Of a stretch of DNA of 64,000 nt, positions 36,934 to 50,094 are shown one piece after another. Below the pieces are notes generated by a model. It saw only the letters and a list, made by a program, of their open reading frames with translations, did not search any database and was not told the origin of the DNA. The stretch lies in the NCBI GenBank assembly GCA_035221665.1, contig CM069155.1, positions 29,326,001 through 29,390,000 on the forward strand, written 5' to 3'. Source of the stretch: Okamejei kenojei. Its lineage: Eukaryota. Position 1 is the first letter of the stretch. Every line of letters begins with the position of its first letter. A program made the position numbers and the translations under genes.

Positions 36934-39900
36934 CAAATGGGATAGTCTAGGACGGAGTTAAAATGAAAGAGAGTAAAGGGATAGTTAATGACCCTTGAAT
37001 TAAGGGGATAGAAAACTCACAAAGGAGTGTATGGCCAAGTGTAATAGGGACCGATGTGAAATGTGAGATGCGTAAGGATTTAAAGGTATTGTATATGAAT
37101 GCGCAAAGTATAAGAAGTAAAGTAGATCGAAACATAGAAACATAGAAAATAGGTGCAGGAGTAGGCCAATCGGCCCTTCGAACCTGCACCACTATTCATT
37201 ATGATCATGGGTGATCATCCAACTCAGTATCCCTTACCTGCCTTCTCTTCACACCCCCTGATCCCTTTAGCCACAAGGGCCACATCTAACTCCCTCTTAA
37301 ATATAGCCAACCAACTGGCCTCAACTACCTTCTGTGACAGAGAATTCCAGAGATTCACCACTCTCTGTGTGAAAAATGTTTTTCTTATCTCGGTCCTAAA
37401 AGATTTCCCCCTTATTCTTAAACTGTAACCCATTGTCCTGGACGTCCCCAACATCGGGAAAAATCTTCCTGCATCTAGCCTGTCCAACCCCTTAAGGATT
37501 TTGTAAGTATCTATAAGATCCCCCATCAATCTTCTAAATTCTAGCGAGTACAAGCCGAGTCTATCCAATCTTTCTTCATATGAAAGTCCTGACATCCCAG
37601 GAATCAGTCTGGTGAACCTTCTCTGTACTCCTTCTATCGCAAGAATGCATTTCCACAGATTTGGAGACCAAAACTGTACGCAACACTCCAGGTGTGGTCT
37701 CACCAAGACCCAGTACAACTGCAGTAGAACCTCCCTACTCCTATATTCAAATCCTTTTGCTATGAATGCTAACATACTATTCGCTTTCTTCACTACCTGC
37801 TGCACCTGCATGCCTACTTTCAATGACTGGTGTACCATGACACCCAGGTCTCGTTGCATCGCCCCTTTTCCTAATCGGCCACCATTCAAATAATAGTCTA
37901 CTTTCCTGCTTTTGCCACCAAAGTGGATAACCTCACATTAATCCACACTGTACTGCATCTGCCATGCATTTGCCCACTCACCTAGCCTACCCAAGTCACC
38001 AAGCAGCCTCATAGAAACCTCCTGACAGCTAACACTGTCCCCCAGCTTCGTGTCATCCACAACATTGAGATGTTGCATTCAATTCCCTTGTCCAAATCTT
38101 TAATATATATTGTAAATAGCTGGGGTCCCAGCACTGAGCCTTGCGGCACCCCACTAGTCACTGCCTGCCACCCTGAAAAGGACCTGTTCGCTACTACTCT
38201 TTGCTTCCTGTCCGCCAGCCAGTTCTCTATCCACATAAATACTGAACCGCCAACACTGTGTATGATGAGCTTGAGGCTCAGTTCGAGGTTTGTAGATATG
38301 ACATTGTGGGGATTACTGAGACGTGGCTGCAGGAGGATCGGGCATGGGAACTTAATATTCAGCATTATACATCCTTTGGAAAGGACAGGCAGGTAGGCAG
38401 AGGAGGGGAGGAGCAACTCTGCTGTTGAGGGATGGAATTCAGCCCCCTTGCGAAGGAAGACATGACGAGTGACTGACGAGGTAGTCACTGTAGATTCAGT
38501 TAATGAATTGTAAAGGCAAGAAGACACTAATTGATGTTATCTACATACCCCCATTTAGTAGCCCAGCTGTCGAGTGTAAGTTGCAGCAGGTGTTAAAACT
38601 GGCATGTAACAAAGTTAATTACACTTTGGTGATGGGGGATTTCAATATGCAGGTAGACTGGGAAAATCAGGTTGGTTCAGGATCCCAAGAAAGAGAGTTT
38701 GTAGAGTGCCTCCGAGATGGATTCTGAGAGCAGCTTGTAATGGAGACGAGCAGAGAGAAGGTAATTCTGGATTTAGTGTTGTCTAATGAACCAGATTTGA
38801 TAAGAGAACTCGAGGTAAAGGAACCGCTTGGAGGTAGTGATCATAATATGATTAGTTTTAATCTGCAATTTGAGAAGGAAAAGTTTAAATCGGAAGTGTC
38901 AGTGATGCAGTTGAACAAAGCGGACTATGAAAGCATGAGAGAGGAGCTGGCCAAGGTAGACAGGAAAGGGATCCTAGCAGGTCTGCATCCCAGGGTCCTC
39001 GGGGAGGTGGGTCTAGAAATAGTGATCTGGAAAATGATCACTGGCGATTATTTTTCAATGTTCAATAGATTCGGGATCGATTCCTGTGGATTGGAGGATA
39101 GCTAATGTTATCCCACTTTTCAAGAAAGGAGTGAGAGAGAAAACGGGGAATTACAGACCAGTTAGCCTGACTTTGGTGGTGGGAAAGATGCTAGTCAATT
39201 ATTAAAGAGGTAAAAATGGGGCATTTGGACAGCAGTGAAAGGATTAGTCCAAGTCGACACGGATTTGTGAAAGGAAAATCATGCTTGACTAATCTTCTGG
39301 AATTATTTGAGGATGTGACAAGTAAAATGGATGAAGGCTGGCAGTGGATGTGATGTATCTAGACTTTCAGAAAGCCTTTGATAAGGTCCCGCACGGGAGA
39401 CTCGTGACTAAAATTAGAGCACATGGTATTGGGGGTAGGGTGTTGACATGGATAGAAAATTTGTTGGAAGAGAGGAAGCAAAGAGAAGGAGTGAATGGCA
39501 GGTAGTGGCGAGTGGACTGCCGCAAGGCTCGGTGTTGGGGCCGCAACAGTTTAACATATATATTAATGATTTGGAAGAAGGAATTAGGAGCAACACTAGC
39601 ATGTTTGCGAATGACACAAAGCTGGGTGGCAGTGTGAACTGTGAAGAGGATGTTAGGAGGTTGCAGGGTGACCTGGACAGGTTGAGTGAGTGGGCAGATG
39701 CGTGGCAGATGCAGTATACTATAGATAAATGTGAGGTTATCCACTTTGGCGACAGAAACAAGGGAGAAGATTATTATCTGAATGGGGTTAGGTTAGGGAA
39801 GGGAGGAAGGGGTGCAAAGAGACCTGGGTGTCCTTGTACACCAGTCACTGAAAGTTGGCGTGCATGTACAACAGGCAGTGAAGAAAGCTAATGGAATGTT

Positions 39901-40607
39901 GGCCTTCATAACAAGAGGATTTCAGTATAAGAGTAAAGAGGTTCTTCTGCTGTTGTATGGGGCTCTGGTAAGACCACATCTGGAGTATTGTGTACGGATT
40001 TGGTCTCCTAATTTGAGGAAGGACATCCTTGTGATTGAGGCAGTGCAGCGTAAGTTAATGAGATTGATTCATGGGATGGCGGGACTGTCATATGAGGAAA
40101 GATTGAAAAGACTAGGCTTGTATTCACTGGAGTTTAGAAGAAGGGGGATCTTGCCTGCCATTCTGAAAATGACCCGTTCACTCCTACTCTTTGCTATCAA
40201 ATTATAAAAGGTATATAAAATAAAATATAGAACATATAAAATTATAAAGGAACTGAACAAGTTAGATGCAGGAAAAGTGCCCCCAATGCTGGGCGAGTCC
40301 AGAACCAGGGGCCACATTCTTAGAATAAAGGGGAGGCCATTTAAGACTGAGGTGAAAAAAACTTTTTCACCCAGAGAGTTGTGAATTTGTGAAATTCCCT
40401 GCCACAGAGGGCAGTGGAGACTAAATCACTGGATGGATTTAAGAGTTAGATAGAGCTCTAGAGGTTAGTGGAATCAAGGGACATGGGGAAAAGGCAGGCA
40501 CGGGTTATTGATTGGGGACGATCAGCCACGATCACAATGAATGGCGGTGCTGGCTCGAGGGGTCGAATAGCCTCCTTCTGCACCTATTTTCCATGTTTCT
40601 ATGTTTC
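36476..40607 (+). mobile_element. CR1 LINE (ORF1 part + ORF2 with internal deletion), inserted in a SINE
   Basis: HVGTKNVG, VMGDFN, GGSDHN and PQGSVLGP motifs. TATGAA is repeated at 36470-36475 and 40608-40613. Empty site gaggtatgaaaagattc at about 24471-24488. Confidence 0.92.
37128..38263 (-). mobile_element. Antisense CR1 nested within the host CR1 endonuclease region
   Basis: Interrupts agtaaagtagat|gagcttgagg. The (AAACATAG)n tail is at about 37130. ORFs contain RPHLECCVQFW and PQGSVLGPQ. Confidence 0.92.
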
Positions 40608-41413
40608 TATGAAATGATTCAGAACAAATGAGACCCGATGTCGATGACCAGGGAAAGGTGGAGATCACAATGGACAACCAGGACACTAGGGAAACGGGAG
40701 GAAAAGGCAAGGCCGGGAAGACTCAAATCTTTGCTGTTGGCTCCTTCATAAATATTACAAGCCGCAGAAGAAATTGTGAAGAAATGGGAAATGATAATGG
40801 AAGCTCGAGAGTAATCGGAATTGGTTCCTTTGAACAGGGAAGGTACCATGGTGATTTGAATGCATAGTCAAGACGTTTTAATTGACGAATTTGTTCCGAG
40901 TGAAAGTATACCCAGTATTTACAAGTTACAGATTTGGAGTAATTTCCAAAATAACTAACGCTCAGGTGAGCAATAGCAGATATGTGACGATTTATTCGAA
41001 TCAGCAAAAAATGCCGACAATCCGGATCATTTAGAAAAGATAAGACACATAAAGCTGGAGTAACTTAGCGGTTCAGACAGCATCTCTGGAGAAAATTGAT
41101 AGGTGACATTTCGGATCACTTCTTCAAACAGTCTGAAGAAGGGTCTCGCCCCAAAACGTCACCGACTCCTTTTCTCCAGAGATGCTTTCTGACCCGCTGA
41201 GTTACTCCAGCTGTTTGTGTCTATCTTTGGTTGAAACCAGCATCTGCAGCTCCTTCCTATTCATTAAGACCTAAGCCCATGTTGCTCATGTAACGTGAAA
41301 ATAATTGGGAATAAATCTTGGAATAAGTGAAAATCGATATGTGACAGGGGTAGGGGTTTGTCCGTGACAGCTTGCCCTCTTAATATAGCATATGGTTCCC
41401 TCATTGTTCGCCC

Positions 41414-41450
<37 letters not shown>

Positions 41451-42200
41451 CTCGCTCTCGCTCTCCCTCTGCCACGCTCTCTTTCTTTCTGCACGTGTCT
41501 ATATGAAGCCGCCGTGCACTCATCGCATCTTTCTGTAGATGTTATCCTGCTTTATTGAGAGTGTTGTTGCCCAGTTCCAGTGTGATACCACCGTGAGACA
41601 CGTGCACGCCACATGCAAACTAAGTGGCTGTTCTGCTAACGCCAATAATCACCCTGTTTCTTTAAAGCTGATAATCGGAAGAAATAAAGTGTAATGTTTG
41701 TAAATATGTAAATAAAAACCCCGTCACCGAAAGGTGTGAAAGTCACGGTCTTCTGTGATAAAGGATGGAGGTGCCATGCTTGGTGAGAGGAGTTTAAATT
41801 GGAGGTGCGAACAACCCATCAGTTTACAGAAACTGGCTGATATGTTGGGAATTAATGGCGTTTCCAAATGTCCAGATTTCTAGGTATGCACACGTATTTT
41901 ATTTTATTATGTAACGGTGCACCATATGAACGAAGGCATATTTAACAAATCCTGAACGCATGAGGCTAGTAGGGACGTTTTTTTTTAAATTATTTTTAAA
42001 AAGAGCCTGAAACGTCTAATCTATTTCTCACTTACCACGTGCCGCCCGACTTACTGAGAATTAATAGTATTTTCTGTTTATTTCTTCGTTTTAAAACTTT
42101 ATTCAACGGCTGCAAATATACAATGGGTACAATAGCAACATCCATGCTTTTGGCTAACGCAATTGAATCTACTTGATGCTTCATTCAAGAACGACATTCT

Positions 42201-42576
42201 TAAGGGCTTAAGGGGTTGGACGGGCTAGATGCAGGAAGATTGTTCCCGATGTTGGGGAAGTCCAGGACAAGGGGTCACAGCTTAAGGATAAGGGGGAAAT
42301 CCTTTAAGACCGAGATGAGAAAGACTTTTTTCACACAGAGAGTGGTGAGTCTCTGGAACTCTCTGCCACAGAGGGTAGTTGAGGCCAGTTCATTGGCTAT
42401 ATTTAAGAGTGAGTTGGATGTGGCCCTTGTGGCTAAGGGGATCAGAGGGTATGGAGAGAAGGCAGGTACGGGATACTGAGTTGGATGATCAGCCATGATC
42501 ATATTGAATGGCGGTGCAGGCTCGAAGGGCTGAATGGCCTACTCCTGCACCTAATTTCTATGTTTCTATGTTTCTG
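42201..42576 (+). mobile_element. CR1 3' fragment inserted in the 3' UTR of the orphan C exon
   Basis: Interrupts cattct|ttcgaaagaac, which is intact at about 26370-26385. Ends in a (TTCTATGT)n tail. Confidence 0.92.
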
Positions 42577-42744
42577 TTTCGAAAGAACTACATTTAAAGT
42601 GAACAATGTATAAAAATCGAACTTTCAATTACAAATGGCATTTCTGAACGAAAACACCGAAGTCAGATACATTACTAACTTGTCACATGGACGAACCCAA
42701 TGATGATAAACTAACTTTGTCCGTTCAGCCTCACGTTTCCAACA

Positions 42745-43064
42745 TCAGATACAGCTGGATCTCACGATATTTGTCTTAAGTGGGTTTGCCTGAGTCTGGT
42801 GTTTAACCACACAGGAGTAAAGCTCGTGTAAGTTCCAGTCTGAGGCTGTCAGAGTCAGGTAACTGCTGAGACTGAACATGTCCTTATCCTGCTGGATCGG
42901 GCTGGTCTCAACGCCGCTATTTTTTGCACCGCCGTCGACTGTCCACTCAACGACCACCGAGCCCGGGTTAAAGCCGTTCACCAAACAAACCAGGGTGGCG
43001 GTGCCCTTTGAGGTAACTTCATCAGCGGAATGCGGAAGAACCGTCACGATCGGTGCCCGAGGAT
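42745..43064 (-). pseudogene. Orphan IgL constant exon, cluster 3 (open frame, no VJ or leader)
   Basis: DPRAPIVTVLPHSADEV..QQDKDMFSLSSY..RSSCI*. Nearly identical to C2 apart from a one-codon deletion and P to H. Homology to the cluster-2 intron stops at about 43153. Confidence 0.9.
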
Positions 43065-43809
43065 CTGTTGAACAAGTAGTCACGTTTAATTGGAGAATTG
43101 CCAACGTCGAGATATCATATTTCAGAAAATGCATCCCATTAGAGCACTCATTTAAAATCCCCAGTATTGCTTCTATAGTGCCTCTCACAGACTAAGGAAA
43201 CTGATGTCCGATGACCAATACCTCGAAAATAGCACGAAATTAATATTCTGCTGAGCTGAAGTAGCAATCTCCATTGGCACCAGAGCACCGCTATCGGTAG
43301 TTATATTAACTCAAGCTCTTCCATAAAGGTCTGTCCTGTCGAAGGGGACGGAGCGCAGGAAGGAGATTGAGAACCGCATAAGCTGGTTGCCAAAATAACA
43401 GCTCTCCCTCAACGACAGCAAGACTTAGGACATTCTGGTTGACTTCATGGAACGAAGAAGGACAAAGAATGGCGTCGAAGTAGAGATGTTCTACATCTTC
43501 AGGTACTTAGGAATAAATATCACCAGCAAATGGTCCTGGACCAGCCATATGGAAGCAATCGCCAAGGATGCAAAAAACAACTTTATTCCCTTAGGAGGCT
43601 CGGCAAGTTTGGCGTGTACCCAACAGCCCCCGCTACATGTGCACTCTAGAAAACATTTTTATCTGCATGCATCACACCATGGTTTGGGAATAGCTCCATC
43701 GAAACCCGCAAGAAATGCAGACAGTTGTGGACATAGCCCAGGCCACCACGCAAACCAATCTACCTTCCTTGGACTTCACCTGTACAACTCCGCCTTGCTG
43801 AGCCACAAG

Positions 43810-46800
43810 CAACACCTCCGGCAGCCTAAAGAGGAAGCCGACAGGAGCGGTGATGCAGACCTCTACAGGCCGGCAAAGTACAAGCGGAGAAAAGGAATCA
43901 GAGCTGCCAAGGAAAGATACTCTGAGAAGTTGAGAAGCAAGTTCTCAGCTAGTGACTCTTCTTCAGTTTGGAAGGGTTTGCAAGAAATCACCAGCTACAA
44001 GAGGAGAGACCCCCCCCCCTTTGAACAATCGTCAGCTGACCTAAGACCTGAATGAGTTATGCTGCAGGTTTGACAAGCAGAAATGTAACCCTCGTACCCC
44101 CTCCCCCCCATCCCCAACCAACACAGACAGACTCCAGTCTGCAAAGACTGGAAACTTCTACACGCACTCCTCCCCATTCACCACTTCACACCTACTTAAA
44201 GAAAGACTCCAGTCTGATAAGACTGGACCCTTTCCCACCGCAACCAACACTTCACACCCACCTGCAACCTGACCAGAATCTGCAAAGACTGGACCTTTCT
44301 ACACCCATTCCTCCCCAATCACCACTTCACACCAACTTAAAGCAAGACTCCAGTTTGAAAAGAGTGGACCCTTTCCCACCCAACCCTCTCCAATCACCAC
44401 TTAACGCCCAATTACCCATCCACTCCGAGCTGCACACCACCACTTCTTCATCATCAACAATAACACTAGAGGAGGTGGAGAGTCTGTTCAGAATGTAGAA
44501 AAGCCAGAAACCTCAGGACCGGGCGATGTTTAATGGGGAAAAAGGACATGGCAGACCAATTAAATAACTACTTTGGTTCTGTCTTCACTAAGGAAGACAT
44601 AAATAATCTGCCGGAAATAACAGGGGACTGGGGGTCAAATGAGATGGAGGAACTGAGTGAAATCCAGGTTAGCCGGGAAGTGGTGTTAGATAAATTGAAT
44701 GGATTAAAGGCAGATAAATCCCCAGGGCCAGATAGGCTGCATCACAGAGTACTTAAGGAAGTAGCCCCAGAAATAGTGGATGCATTATTGATAATTTTTC
44801 AAAACTCTTTAGATTCTGGAGTAGTTCCTGAGGATTGGAGGGTAGCTAATGTAACCCCACTTTTTAAAAAGAGAGGGAGCGAGAAAACGGGGAATTACAG
44901 ACCAGTTAGTCTAACGTCGGTAGTGAGGAAAATGCTAGAGTCAGTTATTAAAGATGGGATAGCAGCACATTTGGAAAGTGGTGAAATCATTGCACAAAGT
45001 CCGCATGGATTTATGAAAGGTTAATCATGTCTGACGAATCTTATATAATTTATCGCGGATGTAACTAGTAGAGTGGATAAAGGAGAACCAGTGAATGTGG
45101 TATATCTGGACTTTCAGAAGGCTTTCAACAAGGTCCCACTTAAGAGATTAGTATACAAACTTAAAGCACACGGTATTGGGGGTTCAGTATTAATGTGGAT
45201 AGAGAACTGGCTGGCAGACAGGAAGCAAAGAGTAGGAGTAAACAGGTCATTTTCAGAACGACAGGCAGTGGCTAGTGGGGTACCACAAGGCTCAGTGCTG
45301 GGACCCCAGCTATTTACAATATATATTAATGATCTGGATGAGGGAATTGAATGCAACATCTCCAAGTTTGTGGATGAAATGAAGCTGGGGGGGGGGGGGG
45401 GGGGGCAGTGTTAGCTGTGCGGAGGATGCTAGGAGGCTGCAAGGTGACTTGGATAGGTTGGGTGAGTGGGCAAATGCATGGCAGATGCAGTATAATGTGG
45501 ATAAATGTGAGGTTATCCACTTTGGTTGCAAAAACAGAAGGGTAGACTATTATCTGAATAGTGACCGATTAGGAAACGGGGAGATGCTACGAGACCTGGG
45601 TGTCATGGTACACCAGTCATTGAAAGTAGGCATGCAGGTGCAGCAGGCTGTGAAGAAAGCGAATGGTATGTTGGCATTCATAGAAAAAGGATTTGAGTAC
45701 AAGAGCATGGAGGTTCTACTGCAGTTGTACAGGGTCTTGGTGAGGCCACACCTGGATAACTGCGTACAGTTTTGGTCTCCTAACCTGAGGAAAGACATTC
45801 TTGCCATGGTGGGTGAACAGAGAATGTTCACCTGACTGATTCCTGGGATGGCAGGACTTCCATATGAAGAAAGACTGGATAGACTCGGCTTGTACTCGCT
45901 GGAATTTAGAAGACTGAGGAGGAATTTTGTAGAGACATACACAATTCTTAAGGGGTTGGACAGGCTAGGTGCAGGAAGATTGTTCCTGATGTTGGGGAAC
46001 TCCAGAACAAGGGGTCACAGTTTAAGGATAAGGGGGAAGTATTTTAGGACCGAGATGAGAAAATAATTTCTCACACAGAAAGTGGTGAATCTGTGGAAGT
46101 CTCTTCCACAGAAGGTAGTTGAGGCCAGTTTGTTGGCAATATTTAAGATGGAGTTAGATGTGGCCCTTATGGCTAAAGGGATCAGGGGGTATGGAGAAAA
46201 GGCAGGTACAGGATACTGAGTTGGATGATCAGCGATGTTCATATTGAATGGCTGTGCAGGTGCAAAGGGACGAATGGCCTACTCCTGCACCTATTTTCTA
46301 TGTTTCTATATTTCCCCCTCTACTCTCAAGCTCTGTGCTGAACAACTGGCGTCGGTCTACACAGACATTTTCAACCAATACCTGCAAACCTGTACTGTCC
46401 CTGCCTGCTTCAACGTGTCCACTATTGTCCCTTTACCCAAAAAGTCAAGGATTGCTGGTCTTAATGACTACAGGCCTTTCGCACTGACTTCTCTAGTCAT
46501 GATGGCCCTTGAAAGGCTTGGGTTGGCCAAGTTGAAAAATATCACGAACCCTCTGCTGGACCATCTGCAGTTTTCATATCGGGCCAATAGATCTGCGGAT
46601 GACACAGTCAACCTGGGCCTGCACTTCATCCTCCAGCACCTAGACGGCCTTGGGACCTAAGCGAGGATTTTGTTTCTTGATTTTAGCTCTGCATTCAACA
46701 CCATTGTGCCAGAATTACTACACGCCAAACTTTCCGAGTTGACTGTGCCTGAACCCCTCTGTCGGTGGATCATCAGCTTCCTGACAGGCAGAAAGCAGCA

Positions 46801-47835
46801 TGTGAGGCTGGGAAGGCCCATCTCGGACCTGCAACCCCTCAGCATAGGAGCACCGTATGGCTGCATGCTTTCCCCTCTCCTCTAATCTCTCTACACCAAT
46901 GACTGCACCTACTCTGTCGAGTTTCTCCACTGACTCCTCTCTCAAGTTTGTGGACGACACAACCCTCATTGGACTAATCTAGGGTGGGGAAGAAACTGCC
47001 TATAGACAGGAGGTGACACAGCTGGTGTCCTGGTGCCATCGAAACAACCTGGAGCTCAATGCTCTTAAGACAGTGGAATTGATAGCAGACTTTAGGCTAT
47101 CTCCGCATCCCCTCATCCCACTTACCATCAACAAAACCACAGTCACATCTGTGGAGCCTTTTAACTTCCTGGGAAGTTTTTAGGTTCCATCGACTCCACA
47201 GTCAAAAAGGCACAACAGAGGATGTACTTCCTGCGGCAGCTGAGGAAGCACAATTTGCCACAGGCAATGATGGTCCAATTCTATACAGCCATCATAGAAA
47301 CTGTCCTCACCTTCTCAATCATAGTCTAGTTTGGCTCAGCCACCAAGCACGACATCCAGAGGCTGCAGCGAATCGTCGGATCAGTTGAGATGGTTTTTGG
47401 TTGCAACCATCCCTCCATTGATGAGCTGTACACTGTACACTGCAAGGGCCTGGAAGCGAGCGGGCAAGATCATCCCTGACCTCTTTCACTCTGACCACAA
47501 ACTCTTTGATTCACTTCCCTCTGGAAGGCGACTCTGAACCGTCGAAGCTGCCGCAGCCAGACATGTAAACAGATGTTTTTCCACGAGTAGTAGCTCTACT
47601 CAATAATCAAAAATCTGTAGCCTCCTACTGCTCTGGTATTTTATTTAATTCACATGTGTAATCAATAATGTTTTATGTGTCATTCCTAACTATCATTGTA
47701 TGTCATGTTGTCACTTGCAGGCAGAGCACCAAGGCAAATTCCTTGTATGTGAATACTTGGCCAATAAACTTATTTATTCATTCATTTATTCGTTCATTCA
47801 TTCATTTATTCAGTCATCATTCATTCATTCATTCA
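43810..47835 (+). mobile_element. Rex1/Babar-like LINE (5'-truncated), split by CR1
   Basis: Motifs SSSVWKGLQEITSYK, LKLCAEQLA, LNDYRPFALTS, QFSYRANRS, FLDFSSAFNTI, GAPYGCMLSPLL and KFVDDT. (TTCA)n tail at 47775-47835. Internal 70-80-bp tandem repeats at 44100-44430. Confidence 0.88.
44531..46310 (+). mobile_element. 5'-truncated CR1 nested in the Rex1-like element
   Basis: Motifs KSPGPD, NYRPVSLTS, YLDFQKAF and PQGSVLGP, with a TTCTATGTTTCTA tail. The host reads ..gatgttt|..tccccctctactctcaag across it. Confidence 0.92.
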
Positions 47836-48894
47836 TAAACAGGAACAGTCGCATTTTGCTAATTCCTTCGTTTCCCTTCTCCCATCAGACAAGAGGTATA
47901 GAAGTTTGAAAACGCAATTTTGGTGATTATTTTGACAACCCGATGCGTGTCGTGCTTGGAAAAGCGGTCTGTGATACTATCCTATTGTAATGCACAGTAA
48001 TTCGCAAAACTTCCCACGACTCAAATTGGAAAGTTTACCTGTACCAACTTAATGCATATGTGAGTGAAGTAAAAGGGGTCATATTGGCTCTCACCGACCA
48101 CTTCCAGAGTTCTTTCGACTTTGTAGTACGACAGGACGACAGGAATATTACATGCAGCACATCCATATTCAATTGAAGTTGAGTGGAATAGGGGCACTCC
48201 AGCTATCTTGTAAAACTGACAAGGGAGAAACGCGAAGAGTGGTTTTCGGGAAATAACCATAACCATATAACCATATAACAATTACAGCACGGAAACAGGC
48301 CCTCTCGGCCCTTCGTAAATAGCGTGTGAGAAAAGGAATTCTCATGAATAATTGTTCTTAAATTGTGATTAATCTATATTAGTTTAGCATTGCACATGGC
48401 TGGTCAGCCATCCATTAACTTAACCGTTCATCCTTACTACGTTTTCCCCATGACCTGCCTGGGATTTCCCAGGAAGCTCCGGTTTCCTCCCACGCCACGC
48501 CACAGACTGGTAGGTTAATTGGATTGCTAACATTATATACTGTCCCTAAAATGTGTAGGATAATGTTGATGTGCGGGGAGTGATGATCAGGGCCAGTTTC
48601 CGCGCTGTATCTCCAAAGTGACAACAATTTGTACCATCTACAGAATGAGCTGTAATTGCGCGCATAAGCAACTCTGAACATAGGCATATCACTATCACTT
48701 GCAAGTTTACCTAATGTTTATTTACACAGGTCCCTGCTCTCTCCGTTCTCATCCTTCTCTCACTGTGCACGTGTAAAATTTGCAACGTGCAATACCGTGA
48801 GAAAATCAACACGCGAAACACCGCACTGGCTCATGGCTGTTCATTATTACCTCCCCAAATGCCGATCCGCCAATGCTACATGATCCCCCACAGA

Positions 48895-49985
48895 GTCAAA
48901 GAGAGTCATAGAATGTGGACGCAGGCCCTTCTGCCCCAGTTTCCCACATCGGCCAACATGCCCCATCTACACTTGTCCCACCCGCCCGTATAAGGTCCAT
49001 ATCCCTCCATGTCCATATACCTGTCTATCGGAGTTTTAAACGTTGGGATAGTCCCTAACACATCTACCTCCTCTGGCTGCTTGTTCCATACACCCACCAC
49101 CTTCTGTGGGAAAAAGTTACCCCTCAGATTCCTAATAAATCTTTGCCCCGTTACCATAAACCTGGTGCTCGATTCACCTGCTCTGGGCAAGAGACTGTGG
49201 TCATCTAAATGCGGCATCACCAACGTCTTACATCTGCAACAAGACCGCTCAACCTCTATACTCTTACTCTGGCTGATGAAGGCCAATGTGCCAAAAGCCT
49301 TTTTGACCACCCGATCTACCGTCGACTGCATAGGGCCTGCCCACGTTAGACTTCCCAAAATGCAACACTTCACATTTCCCTACATTAAATTCCACCAACC
49401 ATTCCTCAGCCTACCTGGCCAATAGATCAAGATCCTGCTGTATGTTTAAAAAAAACATCTCGACTATCTGCAAAACCACCCACGTTTGTATCATCTGCAC
49501 ACTTGCTAATCTTAAGCACCTGTCCCACATAGGAGACCTAAACAGCAATGTCTGGTGACCTTGCCCGCCACCCCAGGTTTCCATGAGGTCACCAGAGGTT
49601 TTGGGTCACTCTCCCTAATGGTCGAAAGTGGTTTCCGCGTGGTCGATGCTTCATCTAGGTTGCTGCTATTTTTTAATCCTGATTAAAACAAGCCTCGACT
49701 AAAAATAGGTTGCCTTATTAAAAATCGATATTTTTTAGTCCAGGTCTAGTCGAAGCCAGTTTTCTTCAGTCGAGGAAGGTTTTCAACATATGCGTGGGAG
49801 GTGGTAGAAGGTTGCAGACCACCTCGACCTTGATTTTTTTTTGAGGCAGAGGCAAGGTCACCAGAGGTTGCTGTTCAGGTCTCCAAAGTGGGACAGGGGC
49901 TTGACCGATTATGATCTCATTCAAATCATGGATATAGATGACAAACATTAACGGGCCCAGTACCGAACCCTGAGGCACACCCCGT
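48895..49985 (-). mobile_element. CR1 fragment (interrupted by a MITE)
   Basis: Motifs VDRVVKKAFGTLAFI and PQGSVLGPLMF. Shared with the paralog at about 59705-60505. Confidence 0.8.
49515..49901. mobile_element. Non-autonomous DNA transposon (MITE), about 390 bp with about 50-bp TIRs
   Basis: agcacctgtcccacataggagacctaaacagcaatgtctggtgaccttgcc versus ggcaaggtcaccagaggttgctgttcaggtctccaaagtgggacaggggct. Empty site atcttaacc at 60421-60429. Confidence 0.85.
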
Positions 49986-50094
49986 GTTACCCCAGCACTT
50001 TTTGTTTATCATGATTTCAACATCTGCAGTTCCTTCTGTCTCTGTGTTCCCACTTTTGGATGGGCAATAAATACTGCATTCCCAGAGACGCAAT

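Larger units (their letters stand above)
33294..43153. repeat. Segmental duplication block B (paralog of 17557-26954)
   Basis: Colinear with block A, including psi-C, the SINEs, the 3' flank and the C exon. Confidence 0.9.
43330..47915 (+). mobile_element. Old Rex1/L2-like LINE 3' part, split by younger insertions
   Basis: 5' piece at about 43330-43800 (LSLNDSKT, FRYLGINIT). The matching 3' piece resumes at about 47835-47915, after the (TTCA)n tail. Confidence 0.6.
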
